A stretch of DNA of 64,000 nucleotides, taken from NCBI GenBank assembly GCA_964016885.1, contig OZ024741.1, positions 289,540,001 to 289,604,000 on the forward strand, given 5' to 3'. Made by a program: the position numbers and the translations under genes. This DNA comes from Eledone cirrhosa. Lineage: Eukaryota. The notes under the pieces are model-generated. The model made no database searches, was not told where the DNA came from, and saw only the letters and a list, made by a program, of their open reading frames with translations. Below are positions 16,507-31,137 of the stretch, one piece after another (position 1 is the stretch's first letter; every line of letters starts with the position of its first letter).

Positions 16507-16848
16507 ATTGTTTCTACTTCTGGCACAAGGCCAGCAATTATCCAGTGCATTACTGGTACTTTATTTTATCAACCCCGTAAGTATGAAAGGCAAAGTTACC
16601 TTCGGCGGCATAATAATAATAATTGTTTCTACTTTTGGCACAAGGCCAGCAATTAACCCAGTGCATTACTGGTACTTTATTTTATCGATCCTGTAAGGAT
16701 GAAAGGCAAAGTTAACCTCGGCGGGATTTGCAAGGGATAATAATAATTGTTTCTACTTTTGGCACAAGGCCAGCAATTACCCAGTGCATTACTGGTACTT
16801 TATTTTATCGACCCCGTAAGGATGAAAGGCAAAGTTAACCTCGGCGGG
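16507..16848 (-). mobile_element. Three tandem 5'-truncated SINE family 1 copies
   Basis: Units of about 105-115 bp starting near 16507, 16621 and 16745, separated by (TAA)n. Confidence 0.8.
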
Positions 16849-17691
16849 AATGGTTTCTAATTTGGGTAGAAGGCCAGACATTTGGGGTAAGTATAAGAAT
16901 AAGGGCACAAGCAATAATTAGTAATATCTGTATAAAATAACTATATAATCATATAATAATAAAAAATGCTCCCACAAAATGTAGGGATGAGCAACGTATA
17001 CTGCTTCATTCGTTATCCAACCTCACACACATAAACTGGAAACCACATATTTTAAACAGTTTTTCTATAACATGGCATCAATTATGTCCTGTAAAATGAG
17101 GTTCGACAGAAACAGTAATCGTTAAAATAAGTACCTCACTTAATAAAATAAGTACTGGTGATAAGGTTTAGATATGATCGATTAAATAAGGGCGGTGCCA
17201 CCAGCATGAACACAGTCAGGTGATTGAATCCAGTAAATTATAAATAGAAGAATACATTTCTACTAGAAATAACTGCACAAGAACAACAACAATTAAACCA
17301 ACAATCAACGCAAAATAAAATATGATGACACTAATGTCAACTTCAACACACATAGATGTAAATATATATATACACTTCAACAATAACAATAAGAATATCC
17401 TAAAAAAAAAAGAATAACTCCCAGCTAGAAAATAAAAACATAAACAACACAAGTATACCAAGTATATTACTGAAATCTTAGGTATGTCCCTAACCAATGA
17501 AACCATTATATAACAAGGGAAAAAATACAATCATATAACAACAGAAAAATGGTTAAATGTTTATACATGTTTTTCTTTTTTGGAAAGACTTGAAAACAAA
17601 CTATTACAAACTACACAGAAACCATGCAACAATAATAACCGCAATAATGGGAATAGACTTATACACCAATATAAAATACAGAGACAATTTA

Positions 17692-17823
<132 letters not shown>

Positions 17824-17882
17824 CAGGGTATCAATATGAGTTAGTAACTCTGTATTTTATATATATATATATATTAATTATG

Positions 17883-17931
<49 letters not shown>

Positions 17932-17963
17932 ATACATATATATATATATATAGTAATAATAAT

Positions 17964-17994
<31 letters not shown>

Positions 17995-18005
17995 TATTAT
18001 TATTA

Positions 18006-18073
<68 letters not shown>

Positions 18074-18088
18074 CATATATATATATAT

Positions 18089-18553
18089 GTGAGAAATGAA
18101 ATTTCGTTTCATTTTTTTTCCATTTATCGTTTTCGGTGCGCCCGGCCGATTAACTCACTCGATATGCAAATTAGGCTGCTCACCCATTAATATGCATAAG
18201 GAAAGTATATACTTGCAGACGTTCAACCATCTGGCAGGAAGGTATACGGTGCTGACGATAGCTAATAAGCTTGAAACTAGTACATCGTTCCTTTGTCAGT
18301 GTTGAACAAAAGGGCAACGATGGTTGCTAAACACTGTACGGCTTAATTCGGGATGTTTGTTTACAAACAAACCGAGCATTATAATAAATGTTCGGTAAAT
18401 CCATACGTACATATATATATGTGTGCATGTATGTATATATATACATACTGCTGTACGTCTGTATACATATATGTATGTACGTATACATACTTATATTTAA
18501 GTAACAGCCGTACTCAGAGTGAGAAATGAAATTTCGTTTCATTTTGTCCATTT
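18089..18553 (+). mobile_element. Hammerhead-containing unit with a terminal direct repeat (retrozyme- or pseudo-LTR-like)
   Basis: gtgagaaatgaaatttcgtttcatttt..ccattta occurs at 18089 and 18519 (period 430), with the hammerhead inside and (TA)n flanks. Confidence 0.6.
18246..18288 (+). ncRNA. Minimal type I hammerhead ribozyme with palindromic stem III
   Basis: acggug-CUGACGA-u agcu aaua agcu u-GAAA-c ua g-UA-caucgu. Stem I 6 bp including one GU, stem III region ACUAGU is palindromic, predicted cleavage after 18282. Confidence 0.8.
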
Positions 18554-18568
18554 ATATATATATGTGTT

Positions 18569-18631
<63 letters not shown>

Positions 18632-18771
18632 TATATAATATATATGTGTATATATATATGCATATATATATACATATATATAAATGTATATCTATATATC
18701 TATATATATATCTATATATCTAACTATCTATCTATATACAGAAATATATATATATACATATATATATATAC

Positions 18772-18884
<113 letters not shown>

Positions 18885-18929
18885 TATATATGATTATTAA
18901 AACAACAATAAAAACAACATAAATAATAA

Positions 18930-19218
18930 TTCTTTCTACTTTTGGCCAGCAATAACCCAGTGCATTACTGGTACTTTATTTTATCGACCCCGTAAGGATG
19001 ATAATAATGATGATAATAATGTTGATAATAAAAATAGTAATAATAATGATAAAGATTATTCGGACGCCATGCTTTGACGCATAGTTACGGCCCTTTCCAT
19101 TCTGAGTTCAAATCCCGCCGAGGTTAACTTTGCCTTTCATCCTTACGGGATCGATAAAATAAAGTACCAGTAATGTACTGGGTATTTGCTGGCCTTGTAC
19201 CAAAAGTAGAAACAATTA
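18930..19218. mobile_element. Two divergently oriented SINE family 1 copies (- at about 18930-19000, + at about 19059-19218)
   Basis: Same core sequence in both orientations. Confidence 0.75.
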
Positions 19219-19433
19219 TCATGCCGATTATTACTAACGCGATCGTAAGTACTTTAAATTTAATTAGCACGACATTTAAGGAATTAAGATAATTTCTTCA
19301 TTTAAAATTATTTGATAATGGAAAAAGAAAAAAATTAGTATGGTAGAAAAGTGATCGGTAGCGAAATAGGGAGAAGGTATTGTTTCATATGCACACACAC
19401 CGATATATCTATCTATCAATCTATCTATCTATT

Positions 19434-19548
<115 letters not shown>

Positions 19549-19567
19549 TTATATATATATATATATA

Positions 19568-19928
<361 letters not shown>

Positions 19929-19959
19929 TCTGTGAGTGTTATTCTTTGCTTTGCGTTGG

Positions 19960-20165
19960 ATTATTGAGCAAGACACCTTATTTCCCGTTGTTCCAGTTCA
20001 CTCAGCTGTAGACACGAGTTGTGACGTCACGGGTGCCAAGCTATATCGACCTTTGCTTTTCCTTGGACAATATATGTGGCATAGAGAGGGGAGACTGCTG
20101 GTCTTCCAGAAACAACATTGCCCGGTTTTTGACTCGGAGGGGAACTTTCTAGATGCAAATGCCAT
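19960..20165 (+). mobile_element. SINE family 2 relative with a different 3' part
   Basis: ttgagcaagacaccttatttcccgttgttccagttcactcagctgta. Confidence 0.55.
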
Positions 20166-20198
20166 GTATACACGCCAGCAAAGGGAGTATTTACTCTT

Positions 20199-20396
<198 letters not shown>

Positions 20397-21829
20397 TTAC
20401 ATAAATATGATAGTCTTATATCCACACCTGTAGCATTTATTCAGAACTGGCTGTCACTTTATTAGTACAACTATGGTAGAGATTTATAGAAACTGTCCGT
20501 AGATGTCATACAGAAAGTCAAAACTCATACGGCCTCGTCAGGCAAAGAGTGAACAGAAGCAAGGCACATTGGCTAGATTTGAATTATTATTAAGGGAATG
20601 TAGACGTTAGATGCCTCTCTCAGACCTTAGAGGGGAAAACCTTCCTTTCAACCCATTTCTGAGTGAAACTGTCGACACTGCTGACAACATCATCCCCGTT
20701 TTTGTCCACCTAATTATGTGTTCAAATCCAGAACCGATACAGCTTTACTGGATCTTTGATATGCACTAATTTCTCTAGGTACCGCATTGCCTATTCCCCG
20801 AGTTGTCCTGGCTGTGGCCTGTTATTGTCGCCTCCTTTATTTCGTGAATATGATACCTACAATCTCGATTCTGATACTATCTACCGAATCCCATCAAGCG
20901 ATATATCTCGTTATATATCTACAGAATCAAAACATGCATGACTTAATAGTCTAGACGCCTTTGACAAATAGCTGACCATTTGTTCTGACCACTAAGCAGA
21001 TGTCGCTGTTTATAGCAGTTGCCAAACTTCTAGAAACAAGGTCGGAGAAAGTTGCCGTTAGAACTTCAACTAAGTAGCAATGATCGATCAAGTCAGAAGA
21101 TTTCAGTTGATTCAAATTTATCAGGCCCTCAACGAGGCGGAGAATATCGCTGATAGATCTTATCAGAACCGTACATGTCCCTGCATTCTCGATATTATGT
21201 ATCTACCCTTTCGCAAATACCTTGGCCAAAATCTCAAACTCTGTGTACGACATAGTAATGAATCTGCAACTATCCACGATGGTTGCCTTTATTGCTTTCT
21301 TCTACAGAAGCTCTTCTGTCATGACCTCATACTTGCATAAATACATAAAACTCGGGGAGCAAACCACCGAACCACCTAACAGCTCAATACCTTGTGCATT
21401 GTAGTTGCTTTATTTGGTTTTCACGGGACTCCGATGCCTCCTGTGAGAGTTGCAGAAAGATATCAAGATAGGTATCAAAGTACACTATCCCCAGTTCGCC
21501 ATTATTAAAATAGATGTCATAACAATAGTAGGGCAAATATTGGGGTCGATATAATGTGTGATAGCATAATTATTGTAGAATTTCTCTGATTGGCCTAACT
21601 TAACTCCACCCTCTACTGAAACACATACTTTGCAGATTCTTTACTTATTTGATTTACAGTCGTAGTCAGGGGATTATGAAGTTCGCTTGACAACCTCATG
21701 ATTCTCGGTTCGATCCCACTACACGGCACCTTGGGAAAATGTTGTAGTTTCACATTGATCAATACCTTCAGCGGAATTTGGGAGACGGAGAGTGTATGGT
21801 CTTGTGTGTGAGTGTCTGTGCGTTTGCAT

Positions 21830-21864
<35 letters not shown>

Positions 21865-22089
21865 AGTGTGCTTGCTTTTGTTTAGCCTTAGGCTGTTCCA
21901 GCCTTGATCCTCCCTTCTCTCTTCCAACATTCATTATCAAATGTATCCTTCCTTAAAATGGTTTGGTATGATTTGTTTGAGATTTGTGAGGCTTCTACTT
22001 TTTAGCAAGTCGAGCGAATATATACAAACACCGCATGTATTCTTCTTTTCCTGTAGGTCCTTTTGCTTCCTATATCGCATTGGGCGACA

Positions 22090-22320
22090 AGAGCTCATCA
22101 TTCCAAAGCTGCAGGACTTGTCACACGCTAGCTCCCAGGCTAGGCCCATGTGTACCTGGTGTTCCTCCTAAGACTTCAACCAAGCCTGACGAGTCTGCCA
22201 TGTTTCCAAAGCTCTTCCATACATCAAGTGGTATTTTAGTCTTGCGGTATTTCATTACAACTGAGTTCAAAGCTCCACGAGATGCCTTGCGGCATTGTTT
22301 CGGCCATTTCATTTTGGAAT
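22090..22320 (-). mobile_element. Highly decayed RTE-like LINE fragment
   Basis: MGLAWELACDK resembles the RTE C-terminal GLxxExAxDR motif. Confidence 0.4.
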
Positions 22321-22559
22321 TTTAAAAAAAATAATTATCGTAGACTACATAAGAGGTTGACTGTATTTATTAACCAATTTAACACCAGAATCTGGTCCTT
22401 GGGATATGTTAGCAGAACCTACACTGTTGCTGGCATTCGAGCCAGCTCTCAGCTTTGAGCCTCCTGTCACAGCCCTTGTCTCCGAGGATCTGGAAAGTAT
22501 TATAGGTACCTTCATTCTCTCGCCCACAAAACAGTATATCTGTGTATGTTTGTGCATAC

Positions 22560-22862
22560 ATATGATAAAATAGCGCCTTGGGATTTGCACCTGGAGAGTT
22601 CCCATCCGAGGCACAAGCCCGGGCAAAGTTTTTTATGGATGACCAGCAGTCACACATGCATACAAGTCTCCTCTCACCACATCACCAATGTTGTCCAAGG
22701 GAAAGGCGAAGGCCGATACAACTTGGTACCAGTGACGTTGTAACTCATTTCTACAGCTGAGTAAATTAGAGCAACGAGAAATAGTCTTACTCAAAGGCAC
22801 AACACATCACCCGTTCCGGGAAACGAACTCACGATTGCACCCTCATAAGCTATGCAACTTCA
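22560..22862 (-). mobile_element. SINE family 2 relative
   Basis: actcatttctacagctgagtaaattagagcaacgagaaatagtcttactcaa is the reverse complement of the family-2 core. Confidence 0.55.
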
Positions 22863-22968
22863 CATACATACACACATATACTATATGTCTATATAAAGAG
22901 TAAAGTACTTCATACTAAACTAATCAGATCCACTATTTAATATTTTATTATTTTTCTTTTCTTTGCAG

Positions 22969-23563
22969 GCACATTTTCCTTATTTTTCAACATACGAATT
23001 ACTCCAAGAAAGAAAGGGTTACGCCCATAGCCTTTTGAGACGAAACGGATATCTAATAACAGCGGATCAATATAAAAATATAGTAATGTAATATATAAAA
23101 TAATACAATATAGTACGATATAATATATAATATAAATATATATTTATGTATAATAAACATATCTATGCATATATTTAAAGAAAAGATATTTACAGACATA
23201 TATAACATACATATTAATAAACTTGTGAAACCAACAAATAAAAAATATAGAAAAATACTATAACCAAACGAAAGACTTTACATGGCAACAGAGCCCTTCA
23301 TCATGATGGAACTTATAAAAGACATTTTTTAAAGGATCTTTTTAAAAAATGAAAATGATAAATCTGAATTAATATATAAAATTTAAAAGAAACAAAATTG
23401 AAAAAATATAATTTAAATTGAACCCAATTATTTTTTAAATTTCATTATCATAACCAATCAAGACCGAGGAAGATTTAATCAATTGACCCTCATCCGAAAT
23501 TTTTGGCATCGTTGCCCTATGTAAAACATCACTATAATTATTGATATTGTTATTTTAACCACA
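22969..23563 (+). other. 5' UTR part of the same exon, beginning at a splice acceptor
   Basis: Polypyrimidine tract and acceptor ttattatttttcttttctttgcag|G ending at 22968, followed by microsatellite-poor sequence up to ATG 23564. Confidence 0.55.
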
Positions 23564-25073
23564 ATGTACTGTGGGATTGACCCACATGCAATGGGGTTAT
23601 CGCACATGTTTGGTGCGACCCCAAAACTTTATACAACCCCTAGGACTTGGCACCCTCACATCTACGAGAAACCTCCCAAACAGCCAACGCCACATTCCAT
23701 ACGAAACATTCTCGGCTTGGTGAACAACGACGAGACGGCGACCTTACTGGTGGACGATTCTCGGTACACGTTGCACACCACATCAGCCCTTCTCTCGTCT
23801 CACGTGTCTGCAGCTGCAGCAGCAGCGGCAGCAGCATCGCACCCGGGCCTTGTACATCATCACCGGTCAAATCTGAGCGGACGTAGTAGGGATCACTCAG
23901 TGGCCGGTCTCACACAACAGCCTTCTTCACATCTCACCTCACACCACCACCCTAACCTCCATCTCAATATCAACCTCAATCCCAACAGCCACCACCATCA
24001 CCACCATCACCTTCACCACCACCACGGCCTCGGCGGCACCAGCACGGGTACGAGATCGAGTAGCAACGGCAGCAGTAGTGGCCACAGTAGCAGTAGTAGC
24101 AGTAGTAGTAGCCCAGTGTTGGGCAGTAGTAGTAATAGTAGTAGTAACAGTAGTAATAGTAATGGCGGTGGCATTGGGGTTGGTGGTACCTTCCTCATCG
24201 GCAGTGGTGTGATAGGTGGTAGTACTGGTGGTGGTGCTAGCGGTGTTGTAGTGGTTGGCGGCGGCGGCAGCGGCTCTGCAGCAGGCCTTCTAGGTAGTGG
24301 CGGTGGTGGTAGTGGTGGTAGCGGCGGCGGGGCTGGTAGTGGCGGTAATGGCGGCGGTGGTAGTGGTGGTAGCGGCGTCGGCGTCGGTGGCAGCAACTCA
24401 GGAAGCCATGCCGGCGGCGGCGGCGGACATCCGCACCACCACCGCCATCATCATCACCACCACCACAATCGACGCGGAAGCGCTGTAGGGGGTGGCAATG
24501 GCGGTGGCACTGGCGGCACGGCTGGGCTGGTTGTTGTTGGCAACAACGACGACGACGACGACGATGACGACAACAACAACAACGTCAACAATAACAACAG
24601 TGATGACGAACTAAACGATGACTATCATCCCAATTTACATTACCACACAACCCACCCGCTTCACACACAGACACATTCAAATAATAACAATAACAACAAC
24701 AACCACAGTCATCACCACCATCATCATCACAGCGCCACACCCAGCCACCACCATCACCAGCATCAACGTTGTTCAAAGTCGCCTCTACCCTCACCCATAC
24801 CCACATCTGGTAACAACAACAACAACAACAACAACAACAGTAACAATAATAATAACAGTAACAACGGTAGTCCCATCGGAACGCTGGTTCCTTGTACTAA
24901 TTTAGATTGCAAATACCGGACGACGAGTGGTGACCCTAGTGTACGGGACATCCGATTAGGGGCAGCCTCCCCTTGTAATAGCCATCTCTCAGATTGCTCC
25001 TCAGCTTTGGAAACTACCCAAAATCTTACCACGTGTTCTTTAACGAAACTGGACGATTCTTCATCGCCGGAGG
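23564..25073 (+). CDS. First coding exon of a probable NK-class (ANTP/NKL) homeobox transcriptional repressor, possibly NK7-like. The homeodomain exon is presumably downstream of the window.
   Basis: Only long non-microsatellite ORF (515 aa). N-terminus WHPHIYEKPPKQPTPHSIRNILG contains an eh1/TN-like Groucho-binding motif. Poly-Ala, His, Ser, Gly, Asn and Asp runs are typical of developmental transcription factors. Strong donor GAG G|GTAAGT at 25073/25074 (phase 1) lies before the ORF stop. The NK7 assignment is from memory and unverified. Confidence 0.8.
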
Positions 25074-25464
25074 GTAAGTTGCAACCTCACATATATTTCG
25101 TTTACAATTGATTCTTTTATTGTTGCTATTGTTGTGGTCTTGGTTTTCTTTATATTTTTATTCGTATTTTTTTCAGTTTGTTATTTTTTTTTTTTCTTTC
25201 TGTATTAATATATCGATTTATAATTTAGGATCAAGACCAACAAATCTTTCGGGAAGGACAAAGTTGATTAAATCAATCCAGTAATTCAAGGGTACTGTAT
25301 TTTATCGACTCCGGAATGATGAAATACAAAGATGACCACGATGTGATTTGAACTCAGAATGGAAAAAGCCAGGACAAATACCACATTGGTATTTTATTCG
25401 ACCCACCAACACTTCTGCCAATCCCAAACCCCTTTTTTGTTAATATATTGATATGAGCAAGACT

Positions 25465-25672
25465 GGTAGATTGGCAAAATTAGTAGAGCGGCAGATAAAA
25501 TACAACTAAGGCATTTGTTCTGGCACTTTACATTCTGAGTTCGAATCCAACCGAGATCAGTTTTGTCTTTCATCGTTCCGAAATCGCTAAAATAAGTAGT
25601 AATCAAATAACTGGGTAGATTTAATCAACTTTTCCCTTCCTCAAAATTTGTTGGACTTGTGCCTACATTAGA
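25465..25672 (+). mobile_element. Old, diverged SINE family 1 relative (further remnants at about 25225-25400 on - and 25735-25890 on +)
   Basis: tggcaaaattag A-box-like, ctgagttcgaatcc B box, tctttcatcgttccg core. Confidence 0.6.
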
Positions 25673-27132
25673 AAATCAATGTTTGTATGTACATATATGA
25701 TGTGGTTTTCAACAATACACTCTATTTTGACGTTGCAGTATATATTTCTGCCTCTTTACGTTCTAAGTTCTAATCCAGCGGAGTTGAAGTTTGCCGTTAA
25801 TCCTCCCAGATTTGATAAAATATAGTACCCACCAAATATTGATGGGTACTATACTAACCCCAACCAAAATATTTCTAGTCTTTTGCCTATGCTAACATTT
25901 ATTTTCTATAAACACATAGTTTTCGTTATATTCAAGCATTCATATTTATGTTTTTTATAGAGTTATAATATTTCTAAATTATATACATGTCCGTAACTAT
26001 GAAGATAGACATATATATTTGTATATATAGAGGTAAATGTGCGTGACAGAGGGCGATAGCGAGTTTTGTTCTTGAGGAAGACCCTTTATTTCACGTTGCT
26101 TCTGTCCACCAGGCTGAAAGAAATGAGTTGTATCTGTAATTCTTTATGGGCCAGATTTTTCAGATTTTGTTTCAGACTGAACCCTGAAAACTGCATTAAA
26201 TGTGTTCTTGGAACGCCCATCCAACGGCGATCCATCGCAGATGTATTTGTGTTGTAGTGGTGTTTATGTGAAATTCATTGTGGCCACATTTTTGTAATTT
26301 ATGTTGGTAAAAGTTCTTTGATCTCTTTTGTAACAAGATTTTCCATAATTGAAGCACTTGAGGACAAATGGTAAACATGATATCACACATATTAGTTATC
26401 AAGAATATTATCAAGTCCTCCTCCTCCTCCTCCTCCTCCTTTAATGCTGAGTATATGCGGCTGTAGTTGAAAAGCCTAAAAGTTCTTTTTTCTAAATACG
26501 AGATCCACGGTTCGAGTGAAGACATATGGGTGAAGTTGGGTAGTCAGAAATTGGGTTGAAGCCCATCAGATACTCAGTATATGTAACTTAAAGTTCTAAA
26601 CAGTGTCACATTATTTCTTCTCGTGGAGAAATGTAACGGATGAGATGGAAGCCATGTACAGACCATCTACCAGGGGATACACACACTGAGATGTAAACCA
26701 TTGCTGTACAAGAGTTCTTCGCTGTAGACATGTATCTCAAAATTCTAAAAGTATGCATTGACAATATCTACTATAATCTAATAAATGTATCGCTCTACTA
26801 CAAGTATTGAATATTGAATACCTTTATTGTCGGAACAACACCTACCATTTACTTTGAGCGATGGATATATGTTCCTTGACATTGCGTTCTGAGTTCCAAT
26901 CAAACCGAAGTCAACTTTGTGTTATATTCTTTCGGGGTTGATAAAGAAAATCCGAGCTCAGTACTGGTATAGCTTTCTTCTGTTCTCACTGTCACATGCT
27001 GGATGTTATACTGGATCAAAGGTGGGAGGGTCGATAGTGTGTCTGTGTCTGGTTGCCATTGCACAGTACATACTACAATGGTATACGCAATTGCATGTGA
27101 TGAGTCTAGTATCTATCTATATAGCTATCTAT

Positions 27133-27247
<115 letters not shown>

Positions 27248-27402
27248 GGACAAAGGTAAAAGGCCGTTTGGTTTACAACGGTATATCTCTCAGTTACTAT
27301 GTATAGCTAGCGGTTGACCTTCTTCGGTAGATTTACTATTATGGGGTTGTGTCATCATTAGGTGGTCCACGGGAAGAACTGACAGACATCATTATAAGCT
27401 AG

Positions 27403-27590
27403 ACGGTGGATTGGCAGTACCGGTAGAGGGTCGGACGCCATGCTTTGACGCATATAGTTACGGCCCTTGCCCTTCTGAGTTCAAATCCCGCCGAGGTTAA
27501 CTTTGCCTTTCATCCTTACGGGGTCGATAAAATAAAGTACCAGTAATGCACTGGGTAATTGCTGGGCTTGTGCCAAAGGTAGAAACAATT
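27403..27590 (+). mobile_element. SINE family 1, full length
   Basis: A box tggcagtaccgg, B box gagttcaaatcc, core, and end gtagaaacaatta. Confidence 0.85.
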
Positions 27591-28042
27591 ATAAGCTAGA
27601 CTTAATTTATAAATAATGAGTTTCTAAATCGAATCCCACCTTAATAGTTATTGTGTACACACCCAGGAATAATTAAAAATAAAACTGATGATGATCGGCT
27701 ATGAAACTTCATTGAAACATGTGTGTCTCTGCGTAAAGAGAAGAGATTTCTATTTTGCCTGAAGCATTGTTGAATATGAAAAGTGAGGACATTTTCGGAG
27801 CAGCAGAAATATAAGAGTATATAAATATATAAGTAATAATATAACAAAAGAGTAATAGGAATATTACTTCGTAATATCTAATAGTGCCTTATATTTCGGA
27901 TAACATGTCACTTGACGAAGGAAAAAAAATGATAAAGAAAGAATTAAACGTTCATTCTGTTATATATTGGAATTGTTACATAGATATTTATAGCTCAATT
28001 TGCACTGTGCGGTTTTTGAAAACTAACTCATTATATTATATA

Positions 28043-28128
<86 letters not shown>

Positions 28129-28620
28129 CTCAATGCAGAGAGAAGGAAAGGGAGAGAAATGAAAGTTTAATATTCTGAAAAATTTATAATATGATTAAGG
28201 AGACAAGATAATTATTGTTGTAGACGTACTTTGATTGTTAATTGCTAATTAAAAAAAAATTCTCACAACTTTGTGCTGATTATGATGATGGTGGTGGTGG
28301 TGAGTTGAGAGGGTGAGTAGTGTTGTGGCTATCGTCGCCAGTTCTAGTAGAAAACAGAAAAGATACATTCTTGGGATAAGTGGGAAGTATAAGATTTGGA
28401 AAGGATAGATCAATATAGTATTGTTTGGTGGATGATGGTGTGTGTTGGTATATGATTTGGGTGATGGAGATGTTGGAGTGGCGTTATGTTGGTGAAGGTG
28501 GTACTGTATTCTTTCTCTTTAAGATAAACCATCAAAACCTGTCACAATGATTAAGCTCTGCTCTGAAGAGATGAAGTGGTACGGTGAGAATTAATAACTC
28601 CGGCTTTCAACCATTCTTTT

Positions 28621-28684
<64 letters not shown>

Positions 28685-29149
28685 TTACCTATCTTTCTTT
28701 CTTTCTTCCTCTCTCTTATTTCCTTCTCTAATTTTTATTTATTTATTTGTTTATTTACTTCGCTTTCTTTATCTCTTTTCTTCTTCTCATCTCCCTCACA
28801 CTTTATATCTTTCTCTCATTATCTCTTTCGTCATCTCTCTCCCCCTTTCTTTATTCTTAATATTTCTTTGCCAAATTATTTTGTCTTTTTTCTTCTTCCC
28901 TTCCTTTCTTTTTTCCTTTCTTTCCTCCTTTCTCCATTTTACTTCAGTGAGCTACCAGAATTATAAAAAAAAGAATACATGACATTATATTTAAAATACA
29001 ATCAACCAATTTCTCTATGAAAGTCATTGTTACAGGACTGGAGACTAGAGACAGAATATTTCGGGTGTTTACGTCTCTAAATATATGGATCCAACAATAC
29101 TTAACACATCAACAAACTACAATCAGTCATTAACCTATATAATCAATTA

Positions 29150-29410
29150 TGGTTAGGTAAACCTTCACATAATATACTACCGATAGTGTACTCAAGACTC
29201 ACTAATGATTCGGTAAACTTCCACATAAAAGACTATATCCATTATACCACAGATAGTCATAACTGTATAAACCTTCACATAACAACACGCTACACTCATT
29301 ATATCACAGACATCCTAATAGATAGATAAACACTTTACGTAATAACACACTTCACTCAGTGTACCATAGAGTCATTCATAGCTAGGTAAACTTTTACATA
29401 AAACAACATT
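29150..29410. repeat. Old tandem repeat with a period of about 57 bp
   Basis: taaac(c/t)ttcacataa-like motif near 29158, 29214, 29268, 29327 and 29387. Confidence 0.5.
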
Positions 29411-30202
29411 CTTTGGGTCATATATTTCAAAGGAATTTTTCACACATCAACATACCAAAGTCACAGACTATTAAGCCTCCTTCCATGATTTTTATTAATT
29501 TATTATAACGATTCCCAGCTTTGCTATACAACTTGTTAGCACAAATTTTCTTGATATGAAAAACACGTTACATGATTACGACCAGTGAACCATTATGTGA
29601 TTAGTCAATTCCTTAAACATACCAAGGAATTCTCCCCTAAATCACACACTACAGTCATAAAAAAATGACACGATGGAAAATGTTGTCTGACTACTAGGTA
29701 CATAGTAAAACTACCGATTTTTACGGCTGAAATACCTTTGATAATAGTTCTGCTCAATTAGGATTCATCTGAGGTTAAACAATAACAACAACAATGCTGG
29801 TTTATGAATGGAGAAGATAGATTCCACCCGCAGCCGCTGGTTTACCGAAGGTTCCTCTCCAAAGTTGGGAGAAATAGAAGAATTTCAACGTGTTCTAGCT
29901 GTACATAATAAGCAGGTGAACAATCTATTATCCGTATTCGGCGAGTATGGAAGCATATACAAGATGGTTATGATGTATAATGAACATACATAAATCTCGC
30001 TATAGGTATCTTAAGCTGTAATCATGTCGCAACTTCCACAGTAACCATGGGAGAACACCAAATGTTCGTATTCCAGGTTCTTTATGCACCGTCAGCAACG
30101 TTCACTCTCTCCGGGTTGTGCTGAGGCTGATAAGCTCATAGCTTACATACAGAATTTCGCAAATATATTTTTCCTCGGGATCAATAAACGCGCGCGCGCG
30201 CG

Positions 30203-30284
<82 letters not shown>

Positions 30285-30293
30285 AATAATAAT

Positions 30294-30481
30294 AATTGTT
30301 TCTACTTTTGGCACAAGGCCAGCAATTACCCAGTGCATTACTGGTACTTTATTTTATCGACCCCGTAAGGATGAAAGGCAAAGTCAACCTCGGCGGGATT
30401 TGAACTCAGATCGTAAAGGGACGTAACTATGCTGGAAAGCATGGCGTCCGACCCTCTACCGATACTGCCAATCCACCGCCC
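30294..30481 (-). mobile_element. SINE family 1, full length
   Basis: Near-identical to the copies at 5711 and 31138. Confidence 0.85.
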
Positions 30482-31137
30482 TAAATAATAATAATATATA
30501 CGAATACATATATACAGGCAAGGTCTATATATCTCTCCATACATAGGTAAAGTTAAAGGTAAATAGACCACTGTGGGGTTCGAATATGGGAGCTCCACCT
30601 GTTTGACCAACAGAATGATCTGCTTGTGGAATTAACGTGCAAGTGGTTGAGCATTCGGCAAACATGTGTACCCTTAACCCTATAAAACCTTACAAACCCC
30701 TGCTTTATTCCTGAACCACTAATGTTATGACGATGAAACATGGCACAGGCATAGACCATTGAAAGCCAAACATGTTTGCATGAAACAACTGTTACTAAAA
30801 CTAAAGTCTTAATCTAGGGATGATTTAAACTCAAAAGCGAAGGAAACGTGTACAGATCCGATATACTAATAGTTCTCGCTCTGAACTGGTTATTTATTGA
30901 TTTCAAACGAATTACAGTCACAGTTGACATCGGTGGGATTTGACCACAGACGGAGCCCCCCCCCCCCCCCCGCACAAATATCACAACGGATTCTATCTTC
31001 TGGTCTAATGATTCTGCTAAATCACCACATTAATATGTAGCAGACACCAGTAATATTTCGAATGTGATATTATAGACTTTTATACGATCCTCATCAAATA
31101 TAAAAATTGTGTAAAAATAGGGGAGTGATCATTATTA

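Noticed and set aside
20540-21460. Higher-complexity stretch, possibly an old LINE remnant
   Set aside because: No diagnostic endonuclease or RT motif could be read
24013-24396. Pro/Leu-rich antisense ORF
   Set aside because: Shadow of the Gly/Ser codon runs in the + strand exon
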